Notes under the pieces: generated by a model
The model's input: only the letters and a program-made list of their open reading frames with translations
What the model was told of the DNA's origin: nothing
The model's database searches: none
Source of the DNA: Bythopirellula sp.
GTDB lineage: Bacteria; Planctomycetota; Planctomycetia; Pirellulales; Lacipirellulaceae
DNA: 64,000 nucleotides
Assembly: GCA_965216565.1 (NCBI GenBank)
Contig: OZ244170.1
Coordinates: forward strand, 416,001-480,000
Direction: 5' to 3'
Shown here: positions 48,209 through 58,468 of the stretch, piece after piece
Numbering within the stretch: position 1 is the first letter of the stretch
How the letters are laid out: each line of letters opens with the position of its first letter
Position numbers and translations under genes: made by a program

Positions 48209-51200
48209 TCAGACGGTTTCTCCCTCCTCGACCAACTCAACATGCTGTTGTCCAGCTTTAATCACTCGGTGCGCTGCTCCCAGTCCGAATGTCCAGAACA
48301 GCGCCGGGCGGACGAAGAATTCAAGTACCGTGCTACTGATTAGTCCGCCCAGGATTACAGTAGCTATCGGATACAAGATTTCTTTCCCTGGTTCACCGGC
48401 CGACATTGCTAGCGGGACGAGCCCGATACCCGATGTCAACGCAGTCATGAGCACGGGGGCTAGGCGCTCTTTACCGGCTCGAATAATCATCTCTTTTGAC
48501 CAGGTTTCTCCTTCATGGCGAACGAGATGCAAGTAATGGTTGAGCAGCAAAATGCCATTACGTGAGGCAATACCGCCTAGCGAAATAAAACCAACCATCG
48601 CTGCCACTGTTAGTGTCTGGCCTGTAATCACAAGCGCTGTTACCGACCCAATGAACGCCATTGGCAATGCCACCATCACCTGCAACGCAAAATTCACCGA
48701 ACGGAACATCGTATAGAGCACCATCAGAACCCCGAACATGGATACGCTAAACAGCACACCGATAACTCGACTAGCATTCTTTTCACTTTCGAATTGCCCA
48801 CCGTATTCAACGAAATATCCTGCTGGAAGAGATTCAATTACCGAACGCTGGGCAGCTTGCATCTCGGTCACCACATCTACCAGGCCTCGACCGGAGACGT
48901 TGCACTGAATAACGATACGGCGTCGCACTAGCTCGCGGTTGATAGTGTTCGGTCCACTAGATTTATAGATCTTCGCAACCGATGACAGTGGTGCGGTTCC
49001 GCCTCCTGGCAGATCAATCGAAAGTCGCCCCAGGGCTTGCAAGTTCTCCCGGTATTTTTCATCCATTCGGACTAACAGATCAAAGGTACGCTGACCTAGT
49101 AGCACCTGACTAACGACTTCACCGTTCATGGCGGTCGAAATGTATTCATTCACAAAGACCGGGGTCAGGCCGTACTGCTCAAGTTTGTCGCGGTTCAGTT
49201 CTATGCGAAGCTGGGGAATCTCAACTTGCGGCTCTACGAGCAAGTCGGTGACGCCATCGATACCGCGCATCTTTGCCGCCATTTCCTGGGCGCTGCGACG
49301 AAGAATGCTCAAATCGTCGCCGTAAATCTTAATACCCACCTGGGCCTTCACACCGGAGATCATGTGCGAAATCAAGTGAGCTAGTGGCTGTTCAACTGTC
49401 GTAACGATGCCAGGAATGTCTTCCATCGCGTATCGAATATTGTCCAGTACTTCTTCGCGGCTGACATCAGATTCAGGGTCAAAGCTAATGAACAACTCGG
49501 TGATGTTAACGCCTTCGGCGTGCTCATCGAGTTCTGCCCGACCGGTCCGTCTTGCAAAGGCCTCGACTCCCTCAATTTGCATCAATCGCTCAATCACAGT
49601 TTGGGCGATAGTGTTCGACTTCTTCAGTGATGTACCCGGCGGCAAAACGACGTTGAGTTGAGCCACTCCCTCGTTAAACGGCGGCAAGAAATCACGCTCA
49701 AGGCTAGCAAGATAGGCGAAGGCTATCGCGACTCCACAGGCAGCTGCAAGCAACATAGCTTTTGGAATGCGAAGACTCAGCTGCATAGCGCCCCCAGCGA
49801 CCCACTTGAGAAAACGGAGCAGGGGTCCATCCTTTTCGCTTTCCATCAATTTCGCACGAGACAAAAGCCAATAGGACAAAACCGGCGTCAATGTCAGCGA
49901 GACAAGCAAAGAGGACAGAATCGAGACGATGTACGCGACCCCCAGTGGCGCGAACAGCCGTCCTTCCATTCCAGACAGAGCAAACAGTGGAATAAACACG
50001 ATGACTACGATCATCGTGCCAAAAACAATCGAGTTTCGAATCTCGACGCTGGCTTGGAACACCACCAGCAGCGGGTGTTTGGGAGATTTAGCGTGGCGAT
50101 TCTCACGGAGTCGACGGAAAATATTCTCAACATCGACAATCGCATCATCGACCAATTCTCCAATGGCAACTGCCAAGCCCCCAAGCGTCATCGTATTGAT
50201 TGATAGCCCAAAGGCTGTAAACACAAGAGCAGTGATGGCGATGGAGAGTGGAATCGCGGTTAGGGTAATAAAAGTTGTCCGGAAGTTCATCAGGAAGAGA
50301 AAGAGGATGATGACAACGAGAATACCTCCGTCACGAAGAGCTTCCACGACATTGTCTATTGCACGCTCAATGAACGCCTTTTGCGAGTACAGTTCAGGTT
50401 GAATGCGGATGTCGTCCGGCAATGATGGCTTCAGATCTTCCAGTGCCTGCATGATCTGATCGGTGACTTCACGCGTATCTGCTTTCGGCTGCTTGTTCAC
50501 GGTGAGAATAACAGCCGGGCCACCCGAAAACTCTCCATTTTCGTCCCGAACGTATGCCGAGCTGTCACCACGTTTGACTTGGGGGCCTTCAATGACGGTC
50601 GCAATCTGCGAAAGTAACACCGGGCGGCCTTCTCGCATCTTTACTACAACTCGTTTCAAGTCATTGAGAGTTTGCACGCGGCCTAGAGCACGTACAAGAA
50701 ACTCATTTGGCCCTTGTTCGTCCAAATAACCTCCGGTGGCATTTTCGTTGCTTTCTTGGCAAGCGCGCTTCACATCGTGCAGTGTTATGCCGTATTCGAG
50801 CAGCTTGTCAGGGTCGACGAGCACTTGAAATTGCATGCGACCACCGCCCATGGTGAACACTTGAGATACACCGGGGATGGTGAGCAGTCGCTGTCGAACC
50901 ACCCAATCGGCAAGCGTCCGCACTTCCAGCGGCGAGGTTTTTCCCTCTTCGCTCCACATGCCGATCATAATGATCTGTCCCATGATGGAGGAGATTGGTG
51001 CGAGCTGTGGTTTGACACCCTCCGGCATTCGGTCTTGGACCAACTGCAATCGCTCCATAACGATCTGCCGGTCGTTATAAATATCAGTCCCCCAATCAAA
51101 TTCGACGTAGATGACAGAGATGCCAACGCCTGCGGAACTGCGAACGGCTTCAACACCATTAGCACCATTGATCGCGGTTTCGAGCGGGAATGTGATCAAG

Positions 51201-51388
51201 GCTTCAACTTCTTCTGGCGCCATTCCTGGTGCCTCAGTCATTACCACCACGCGAGGTCGGTTTAAGTTTGGAAAGACGTCGATGTCCATCTGGATTGCTT
51301 TCCAGCCCCCAAATCCCATCAGGAAAAGGGAGAGGACAACGACAAGCAAACGCTGCCCCAGTGCAAATCGAATAATGGCGTTGAGCAC
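48209..51388 (-). CDS. Heavy-metal RND permease (CusA/CzcA family, AIG-DD-EN TM4 type)
   Basis: IDVFPNLNRP, AIGELVDDAIVDVEN, RLAPVLMT. Confidence 0.93.
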   Translation of the reverse strand: MLNAIIRFALGQRLLVVVLSLFLMGFGGWKAIQMDIDVFPNLNRPRVVVMTEAPGMAPEEVEALITFPLETAINGANGVEAVRSSAGVGISVIYVEFDWGTDIYNDRQIVMERLQLVQDRMPEGVKPQLAPISSIMGQIIMIGMWSEEGKTSPLEVRTLADWVVRQRLLTIPGVSQVFTMGGGRMQFQVLVDPDKLLEYGITLHDVKRACQESNENATGGYLDEQGPNEFLVRALGRVQTLNDLKRVVVKMREGRPVLLSQIATVIEGPQVKRGDSSAYVRDENGEFSGGPAVILTVNKQPKADTREVTDQIMQALEDLKPSLPDDIRIQPELYSQKAFIERAIDNVVEALRDGGILVVIILFLFLMNFRTTFITLTAIPLSIAITALVFTAFGLSINTMTLGGLAVAIGELVDDAIVDVENIFRRLRENRHAKSPKHPLLVVFQASVEIRNSIVFGTMIVVIVFIPLFALSGMEGRLFAPLGVAYIVSILSSLLVSLTLTPVLSYWLLSRAKLMESEKDGPLLRFLKWVAGGAMQLSLRIPKAMLLAAACGVAIAFAYLASLERDFLPPFNEGVAQLNVVLPPGTSLKKSNTIAQTVIERLMQIEGVEAFARRTGRAELDEHAEGVNITELFISFDPESDVSREEVLDNIRYAMEDIPGIVTTVEQPLAHLISHMISGVKAQVGIKIYGDDLSILRRSAQEMAAKMRGIDGVTDLLVEPQVEIPQLRIELNRDKLEQYGLTPVFVNEYISTAMNGEVVSQVLLGQRTFDLLVRMDEKYRENLQALGRLSIDLPGGGTAPLSSVAKIYKSSGPNTINRELVRRRIVIQCNVSGRGLVDVVTEMQAAQRSVIESLPAGYFVEYGGQFESEKNASRVIGVLFSVSMFGVLMVLYTMFRSVNFALQVMVALPMAFIGSVTALVITGQTLTVAAMVGFISLGGIASRNGILLLNHYLHLVRHEGETWSKEMIIRAGKERLAPVLMTALTSGIGLVPLAMSAGEPGKEILYPIATVILGGLISSTVLEFFVRPALFWTFGLGAAHRVIKAGQQHVELVEEGETV

Positions 51389-51399
51389 GGTGGAATCTC

Positions 51400-52887
51400 C
51401 TAGTGATTGTGTCCTGCATGCGGATCAACTCCGCCACCGGCTTTATTCTTAAGGGCGACTTGCATCTGATGGGCACCTGTCAGAGCGACGGTGTCTCCAG
51501 GAAACAAGGACCCATCATTAGCAACTACGACCCACAATTGGTCCCGATACTCGACATGCACTGCCCGTCGGTCGAAATGGTCGCCGTTTTGCAGAAACAC
51601 GAAGGTCTCTGCTCCTTCCTGGGCAACAGCGTCGACTGGCAAGACAATTCGATCTTTCCACTGCTCGACAGGAACACGAAGCTGCATCCGTTGTCCCGGC
51701 TTGAACCGCCACGTCACAAAACGGTGGCCATCCGGTGTGGTCGTGTCTTGAAGTACCTGATTTGGAATATCTACGTAGAACCGCTGTGCCCGAGAGTCGG
51801 TTTCTACTTCGTTGTCTACAAAGACTATCTTTAGGCCTTCAACAGTTTGTGTGCCGGGCCCATTGTTTTCGAGAACTGCTGTAATGTCCCAGCCAGGTTC
51901 GCCCGCAGCCTGCATGCGCGCCGCGAGGGCGATCTCTTCAGCATCTTGCTCGAAGGCTTGTCCCTCCACAAACAATTCATCGAGGTCTGCCAGGACAGCC
52001 AACGGGTAACCAACTTCCATTGATGATCCCACATGTACGTTTACTGCTTGCACGGTATACATATGGTCTGACTTAAGGCTGTTATCTGACGGGGCTGTTG
52101 AAGTGACTGGCCTTAGGGTCGTATCGTATTGATGCAATCTCTCGCCATGAACTGGTAGGGCCGGTGCTCGAACTTCGAGTTGGCGCAACAAGCGTCGACC
52201 GCTGGCGATATTGTCAATTTGCTTAGTTGACAACCCGTGCAGCAGCAATGCTTCACGGTGAGCGTTTAAGAATGCCTCTAGTTTTTGCTTGGAATACTTA
52301 CGCTCAAGGAGTCTCTTGCCAGCGATAACACCGCTAACATCGAGGCCGGACAGACGCTCGATTTCACGCTCTTCAACGTCGAGCTCGCCCAATGTTTTTA
52401 AGAACACAGTCTGGGCTTGAACGAGATCTTCGTGCGTTAGCTTGACGGTAAACATTAAGTCCCCCGGTTCGATGGCCTCTCCTTGCACGGTATGTACTGC
52501 CTCAATAACTCCGTTCATTGGGGCAGCAATTTGGACTTTTGTATGTCCTGGACGTTCGACAATACGAGCTGGGACATTGAGTGTGCGAATAAAAGCCCTC
52601 AGCTGGATCGGTTGCAGCTTCTCAGCAGTCAATCCGATATTGCGTTGAGCCTGCGGCGAGAGCTCCAGAGAGGTGGCTTCTGTATGACCCGCATGTGCGG
52701 CATGGTCGTGACCTTCGTGGCTATCCGGTTCACTAGCGACACCTTCCTCTTGCTTCCCAAGGTTTCCGCGCTGCACGAGCGGCAACCAATAGGCTCTCGT
52801 AGCGATAGTCGCAGTTACCAAGACGAGCACACCAATAAGGAGAATGGAGCCGCGTATAACCAGCGCCTTAGTTGAATTAGTTGCCAT
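51400..52887 (-). CDS. RND membrane fusion protein, His-rich
   Basis: TM anchor, HEGHDHAAHAGH, MFP motifs, DPHAGHNH C-terminus. Confidence 0.9.
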   Translation of the reverse strand: MATNSTKALVIRGSILLIGVLVLVTATIATRAYWLPLVQRGNLGKQEEGVASEPDSHEGHDHAAHAGHTEATSLELSPQAQRNIGLTAEKLQPIQLRAFIRTLNVPARIVERPGHTKVQIAAPMNGVIEAVHTVQGEAIEPGDLMFTVKLTHEDLVQAQTVFLKTLGELDVEEREIERLSGLDVSGVIAGKRLLERKYSKQKLEAFLNAHREALLLHGLSTKQIDNIASGRRLLRQLEVRAPALPVHGERLHQYDTTLRPVTSTAPSDNSLKSDHMYTVQAVNVHVGSSMEVGYPLAVLADLDELFVEGQAFEQDAEEIALAARMQAAGEPGWDITAVLENNGPGTQTVEGLKIVFVDNEVETDSRAQRFYVDIPNQVLQDTTTPDGHRFVTWRFKPGQRMQLRVPVEQWKDRIVLPVDAVAQEGAETFVFLQNGDHFDRRAVHVEYRDQLWVVVANDGSLFPGDTVALTGAHQMQVALKNKAGGGVDPHAGHNH

Positions 52888-53054
52888 GATGGAACACTCC
52901 CATTCGTGTCTAGCGCAGGTAAACGCCTTAAGACTCGAACGATGTAGGTGGTAACGCTGACGAAAAATAGTCAGGTGCAGGAAATAACCACAGTAAAGAC
53001 GGGACCTGGAAAGACCTCGCGTAATAACGCAAGGTTACTTGTCCCGCGAGCGGT

Positions 53055-53513
53055 TCAAATCAAGAAGACGCAATTAGCGAGGTGCGAGCGCACCGGTAGC
53101 GCATGTGGAGAATGAGCTACGGAGAAGGTGAGAGTCGATTCGCCGACAGGGAACAATGAAACGAATGTGGCGTCGAGAACAGGTGTCAGGGCGAACAGAA
53201 AGTCCAACTGAATCAGATCACTGCCGTCCCGCATTTCGGGTGCAGGCCACATGCACTGAGCATGGGTGCATGTATGTGGAGCGGGATGGGTCGGATCTGT
53301 GGGATGGTGAGCATGTTCCCCACATGAGTGGTTTGTTTCCAAGTGCAGTGGGACTTGCTCATTTTCTTCTTCATGACAATCTTGACCACCAACTTCATGG
53401 TGGTGATGACCGCAGACGGCATCAATAAGACTGTGTCCCTCATGCGCGCAACATCCCAGTGTCGCATGGACCAGGATTGCAGCAGCTGTGATTAGGTGGA
53501 CGTACGTACGCAT
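53055..53513 (-). CDS. His/Cys-rich secreted small protein heading RND operon 2
   Basis: Signal-like N-terminus, GCCAH, HHHH, CxHxxC, C-terminus RSHLANCVFLI. Confidence 0.75.
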   Translation of the reverse strand: MRTYVHLITAAAILVHATLGCCAHEGHSLIDAVCGHHHHEVGGQDCHEEENEQVPLHLETNHSCGEHAHHPTDPTHPAPHTCTHAQCMWPAPEMRDGSDLIQLDFLFALTPVLDATFVSLFPVGESTLTFSVAHSPHALPVRSHLANCVFLI

Positions 53514-53842
53514 GTCATGAAAAAAACAGGATTATTCTGTGTTGGCAGCCCTAATTAAACAAGATTGCCTTTGTCAAGTCTAGGTCAGAAAAAGGCTAGC
53601 TTCTGGCCTCAGCTCAAGTAGCAATCGGGATTCAGCGAAAAACAGGAGGGCTGCGACTATTATAACCTAAGATCTCAGATCGTAGGACCTAGCGAAACCA
53701 GGCTCGATAGCAATGATTCTTCTAACAGGCGAAAGTGCCAGCTAATTATCGCTAACTTTGTTATTCGACAGGAAGTCTTCTACGGACCTGGTTGGCAATG
53801 GTTCGTCGATTATTGTAGTGCCCAGGCACACATATAGGAAAA

Positions 53843-54742
53843 CTACTGCAATCGAATCGAGAGCCCCGTGCCAGCAAAATAGTCGTCCGCAGCGTCGTTG
53901 AGCCCCACACCAGCGCGAATGTCCCACTGGACATTATTATTTATTAGAACCGTGAATCCACCATTAAAGAAGTGCTCCGGCAAAGCGGAATCGGCACTAT
54001 GTGGGATGAGTGCGAACCATTCTGTGTAAGCACCCAGTCGTTCCCCTAAAGAGTAGCCGATTGTCCAAGATTGCGCCCACTCGGTATACGCGTCGGTGGT
54101 TGTCTCGTCGATGGCCCGATTGAACTGGGTACTGCCAGCCGTTGAAATGAAATCGTTGACTTCCCAGCCATAGATCCAGTTCAGTCCTGGCAATACCTCA
54201 TCGGCAGTAAATGGATCAGCGCCTACTGGAACGAGCATTTGTGGAATTAGTGCCATCTCGGGCAAGATGCCTTCCTGCGGTGTCAATCCAATTTTGAAAC
54301 CAAGGTAGAGATCTTCTGAGCCAGATGTGCGAACGCCGTTAACGGCTTCCGTCGCGTAATTCCAACCGACTCGGAGTTCTAACCAGTCGGCAAGTATTCC
54401 CGCTCGCAGTAGAGGTTCTGGGTAGGAGTGACCGATTGTTTGATCTGTTCCATCGTTGTCGAATGAATAAGTGTAGCCAAGCTCGATTTGTGCTACACCC
54501 AGTCCTACTGTGGAACTAGCTTCAGTGAAGTCAGGGCGATCCGTAACTAGTGGCGCGTCGAGGTCGGGTCCGCCAGAAAAACTTGTACCGTAGCTCCACT
54601 GGAAGAGGGTTCCACGCGGCTGGCATTCACAGGGGCCATAGGTACAGTCTTCGCCAGCGCAATTAGCTGCAGTAGCAAAAAGTAGTACTAGTGCAGTTGG
54701 TATGGTATATAGATACCTTTGCTTCGAAATTGGTAAATGCAT
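53843..54742 (-). CDS. Putative outer-membrane beta-barrel transporter (phenol MetA-pathway/CoxB-like family)
   Basis: Signal peptide, TDRPDFTE motif, alternating strands, C-terminal GLSIRL. Confidence 0.8.
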   Translation of the reverse strand: MHLPISKQRYLYTIPTALVLLFATAANCAGEDCTYGPCECQPRGTLFQWSYGTSFSGGPDLDAPLVTDRPDFTEASSTVGLGVAQIELGYTYSFDNDGTDQTIGHSYPEPLLRAGILADWLELRVGWNYATEAVNGVRTSGSEDLYLGFKIGLTPQEGILPEMALIPQMLVPVGADPFTADEVLPGLNWIYGWEVNDFISTAGSTQFNRAIDETTTDAYTEWAQSWTIGYSLGERLGAYTEWFALIPHSADSALPEHFFNGGFTVLINNNVQWDIRAGVGLNDAADDYFAGTGLSIRLQ

Positions 54743-54976
54743 AAGCTTGAATCCGTTCTTAGAAAGGACGGCAATGTGCTTAAGCACTTGTGCCGCATTC
54801 GTCCTCGTCTGCTAGTGTTCAGATGCTGGGACTACTTGGTTCTAAATTCTCACAGTGTGAGACCCATTTATGCGTAGTGACTCTCACGCGAGGGTTGCTC
54901 GTGCTAGAGCCTGGGCCGGTAATGGTTCTCCGCGTATGGCTAAAAATCGGTCGTTGCTTGCAATGGGCTTAACTTA

Positions 54977-54998
54977 AAATGTAGCAATCGCTACACTT
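54977..54998. promoter_or_regulatory. MntR-type operator between the divergent barrel and mntR genes
   Basis: AAATGTAGCaatcGCTACACTT, same TAGC-N4-GCTA core as 26027-26075. Confidence 0.75.
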
Positions 54999-55080
54999 TG
55001 AGGCCCGCTGGGCCGAAGTAATGGTACTAGGTGCCATTCCCTACCCTTAAAGCCTAATTTCACCAAGATCGAGAACAGCT

Positions 55081-55527
55081 GTGACACTAACTAGCACCGG
55101 AAATAATCCACACCTACGCACGCGCTGCGACCATGCCAACGAGACGGCGGAAGACTATGTCGAAGCGATCGCCGACATTATCGATGAGTCTGGGAGTTGT
55201 CGTTGTGTCGACTTGGCAAAGTGCTTTGCCGTAAGTCATGTTACCGTAAATCGAATTGTCACACGGCTTGAAAAGCAAGAGCTGGTTTCAACCGAGCCCT
55301 ACCGCCCCATCCAGTTGACGGCAAAGGGAAAACGTTTGGCCGCCAAATGTCGCGAACGGCACGACATCGTGTATCGCTTCCTCGTTGCCATTGGGATTGA
55401 TGAACAGACCGCGGCAATCGATGCAGAAGGTATCGAACACCACGTAAGTCGTAAGACGCTACAGCGTTTCTCAGAGTTAGCCGATGGGAGTGGCATCAAC
55501 GTTACCCAGGGGTCTCCAGCTCTGTAG
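55081..55527 (+). CDS. mntR: MntR/DtxR-family metalloregulator (second copy)
   Basis: DHANETAEDYVEAI, VSHVTV, DAEGIEHHVS. Confidence 0.92.
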   Translation: MTLTSTGNNPHLRTRCDHANETAEDYVEAIADIIDESGSCRCVDLAKCFAVSHVTVNRIVTRLEKQELVSTEPYRPIQLTAKGKRLAAKCRERHDIVYRFLVAIGIDEQTAAIDAEGIEHHVSRKTLQRFSELADGSGINVTQGSPAL

Positions 55528-55898
55528 CCGACGGATGCTTATTGAACGCCGGGAACCTAGTCGAGAACCTGTTGCACATGGCCGGATCATGCTGGACATG
55601 TCATCTCAGCCACATTGACAGAGCAGGAAACTCTCTTTTGGTCGATGCGACTTGCTTCTTGTCCCGACGCGGTCAACGAGAGCAAAAACATTGCCGCAAT
55701 ACCAACACCCATCTGACATAATCCGCTCTTCAACATATAACTTTCCCCTAAACGCTTGAGATAGTATCTTTAAGGGTTGCGATGCCAGGTGACACCAGCA
55801 ATTTGGCAGACTGGGATTATCTTGCCGGTCACTGTTGCGTATTACGATCGCCACACGCGAAAGAGGTGTTTGAATAGAATCGCACGGAGAAAATTACG

Positions 55899-56279
55899 CT
55901 AGTCTGGCCGTAGGCAGCATCCATTATGGTCAAGCACACCCTCATTCGGTAGGACGCCTTCGAGACGTTTAATGTAGAAGCCGGAGTTCTTCTTAAATAG
56001 TTCTTGGCAATGCGGACAACGGCAAAAGTACACGTCTTGCTCGCCAATCCTCAGTTTGGCGGCCCATCTCATTGGTTTTTCAGCCAAGCAGACAGGGCAA
56101 ACAATCAGGTCACTCGTCTCCAGAAGGTATTTCTCGGGGTGAGTGATGAACAGGTCGACACACCCCTGGCAACAGAACTGGTAGTCTTCGCGGTGATGGC
56201 TATGAAAAGTCGACAGCTCCGTGCTTATTCCCAGCCTTACAAGAGAGCAACCACACGTAGGACAAATGGGCGTCTTCAT
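55899..56279 (-). CDS. Tandem YHS/TRASH-like metal-binding domain protein
   Basis: CPTCG..YQFCCQGC..F..PEKY and CPVC..YFCRCPHC; ATGA overlap with the upstream gene. Confidence 0.8.
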   Translation of the reverse strand: MKTPICPTCGCSLVRLGISTELSTFHSHHREDYQFCCQGCVDLFITHPEKYLLETSDLIVCPVCLAEKPMRWAAKLRIGEQDVYFCRCPHCQELFKKNSGFYIKRLEGVLPNEGVLDHNGCCLRPD

Positions 56280-57514
56280 TTCTTGTCCTCTGTTGCAAAG
56301 GGAGTTTCCTTACCTGCTTCCGCCGGAATAAGCGTGCCGCGATATCCGGCACTTTCGATTGCTGCAAGAAGTTTTTCATTGGGGACAGTGCAACATGCTT
56401 CCGTGCCGACCACAGCTTGCCCATCGGCGTAGCTCACTTCCACGGCAAGTACTCCAGGTACGCCGTGAATTGCATTGGCCGCGATGGCTGAACAGCCCTC
56501 GCAGGTCATCCCTTCAATGGCAAACACCGAGCGGTTCATGCTCGCAGTCACTTTGCTGCCATCGCCGCCAAGAAAAGCTCCTACGTAACTGGGGAAGAGC
56601 AGAAAAGCTACGGCTACTACCGTAACTCCCCAAAGCATGACCTTGTTCATCGTCATCATGTTGAAACGCCCCTTGCCTGGTGAGCAACAATCTTCGACCT
56701 CTTCGAATTCTCCACCGGCACAGCAATCGTGCCCACCACCGGCTACCGATTTCTTCGGGCGGTACGTGTAGTAGAACGCCGCCGCCAGGAAACTTAACGT
56801 AACGACCATGAATAGCGGTCGGTAAGCTTCCATTGTCGAGGCGATACCCGCTCCCGACACGCCGACGGCTAACAGCACCAACGGCAACCAGCAGCAACTG
56901 GAGGCTATGATGGCCGAAATGACTGTGCCAACCTTAGCAATGGTTTCACCACGGTTCGAAGCTGATTGCTTAGTTCCACCTGTCGGAACAACGACTGTAT
57001 CACTCATTTCAAGCTCCTCCTGAGCGGATTTGATTCCCTTTGTAACGCTACCCAGACAGCACGACCCAGACGGGTTTTCGGTCTCGCACCGACAACCGGG
57101 GTCCTTCATCTTTTGGCGAATGTCTTCCAGTGCATCCGAACTCCCTTTTGAGCGAAGTTCGTTTTTGACGCTGGCCACTGAATGGCCAAAGCAGTAACAG
57201 AGTGGTCGGTCTCCGGCTGTTTCCTTTACACCAACCGCCACTCTTAGTTGTGATTTCGTGAACGCGGTTTCGCTTTCTTCGGAAAAATACACCACGTCGC
57301 AACCCGTCGAATCACAAAACCGCCAACCGGTTTCTCCCTTGACAGGCGTGCAACCCTCGCCGTTTGAGTCACAACAGGAGTGGTCGTCCATCTTGAACTG
57401 CTCGGCGAACTCATCGCTGAGCAACGCTCCGAGAGTAACCGTGCTAACTCGCTTTGCCTTTTTATTACAAGACGGGCAGGTGACCCGCTTGACGGTCGTC
57501 GTTTCATTAGGCAT
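56276..57514 (-). CDS. Fusion: CopZ-N-like Zn/Fe-S domain + MerT-like transporter + HMA domain
   Basis: CPSC..FCDSTGCDVVYF..LCYCF..CRCETENPSGSCC; ASSCCWLPLVL and 3 TM; GMTCEGC. Confidence 0.85.
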   Translation of the reverse strand: MPNETTTVKRVTCPSCNKKAKRVSTVTLGALLSDEFAEQFKMDDHSCCDSNGEGCTPVKGETGWRFCDSTGCDVVYFSEESETAFTKSQLRVAVGVKETAGDRPLCYCFGHSVASVKNELRSKGSSDALEDIRQKMKDPGCRCETENPSGSCCLGSVTKGIKSAQEELEMSDTVVVPTGGTKQSASNRGETIAKVGTVISAIIASSCCWLPLVLLAVGVSGAGIASTMEAYRPLFMVVTLSFLAAAFYYTYRPKKSVAGGGHDCCAGGEFEEVEDCCSPGKGRFNMMTMNKVMLWGVTVVAVAFLLFPSYVGAFLGGDGSKVTASMNRSVFAIEGMTCEGCSAIAANAIHGVPGVLAVEVSYADGQAVVGTEACCTVPNEKLLAAIESAGYRGTLIPAEAGKETPFATEDKK

Positions 57515-57577
57515 GGGTTTGCTCCCTCATCGGTGGTCGTAATTCGCTTCGAGTTGCCGAAGACTCTCTATTCATGT

Positions 57578-57609
57578 ATTATCGACCTTGCACCTTAGTG
57601 CAAGGTCAA
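57578..57609 (-). promoter_or_regulatory. MerR-type promoter/operator
   Basis: Minus strand TTGACC-20 bp-GATAAT with perfect dyad GACCTTGCAC-N4-GTGCAAGGTC (57584-57607). Confidence 0.88.
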
Positions 57610-57689
57610 GGGGAAGTTGGCCTGCATCTAGGAAATCTGCTTGCTGGGGGGTTCGGGTGTGAGAGGGCTCACGTAATGGAGGTTGCGGC

Positions 57690-58094
57690 ATGTCAAATCA
57701 GTACACAATTAGCCGATTAGCTAAGGCTGCTGGCATTCCTACCACAACCGTTCGATACTACGAACGCATTGGATTGGTCCAACCCGAAGACCGCAGCCAC
57801 GGGAACTACCGGCTGTATAGCAACGAATCGCTCGATAAACTTAAGTTCATTCGTGCTGCTCAGGCGACCGGCTTTACGCTCGATGACGTCAGAGCCTTGC
57901 TTTGCGATGAGGCTGGTGACACTCCCACCTGCGGAAGTGTGCAGGGATTGATTGAGGAGCGGCTTGGCGACATCGAGCAACGGCTCAAAGACCTACGACA
58001 GGTTCGGAAGGTCTTGAAAAGTGCTCTGGAAAAATGTCGGAAGCAAAAGAAATCTGCAAGCTGTCAGGTTGTGACGGAGTTGAAGAGCAGATAG
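57690..58094 (+). CDS. MerR-family metal-responsive regulator
   Basis: TISRLAKAAG..TVRYYERIGL..GNYRLY; Cys before the dimer helix plus C-terminal C-X7-C. Confidence 0.93.
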   Translation: MSNQYTISRLAKAAGIPTTTVRYYERIGLVQPEDRSHGNYRLYSNESLDKLKFIRAAQATGFTLDDVRALLCDEAGDTPTCGSVQGLIEERLGDIEQRLKDLRQVRKVLKSALEKCRKQKKSASCQVVTELKSR

Positions 58095-58468
58095 TTGCAA
58101 CGCTCCTAGGACGGATCGGCCATCTACTTGGGTTCAGGTTCCCTAGAAGCGTACATCATGGCAGAAACCTGCTCATCATCCTAATTGACATGCATACGAT
58201 TTGTGTACTGGCCCGCGATGTTTTGGTATCGATCTACGATCGTATTTTATAGCTCTAAAGAGGTAGGGCACTCCGTGCTGTATGAGTCAACAATAGTCCC
58301 TGCGATGGAGCTGACGTATAATGGCAAGGGCAATTATCGATATGAGAGACGTCCCAGTTGACGTATCCGATACAAACGCTTGAACTCCATTCGAGGTTTT
58401 TCTAGGGCACAGTGTTGTGCTGGTTGGTCTCCTTGTTGCCGACCGATACTATCTATGAGGAGATTACA

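Noticed and set aside
54790..54972. yybP-ykoY or NiCo riboswitch upstream of the barrel gene
   Set aside because: I could not find the conserved cores by eye; an Rfam/Infernal scan would settle it.
55606..55854. Possible third gene or merA remnant downstream of the YHS gene
   Set aside because: No recognisable motifs in the ORF translations.
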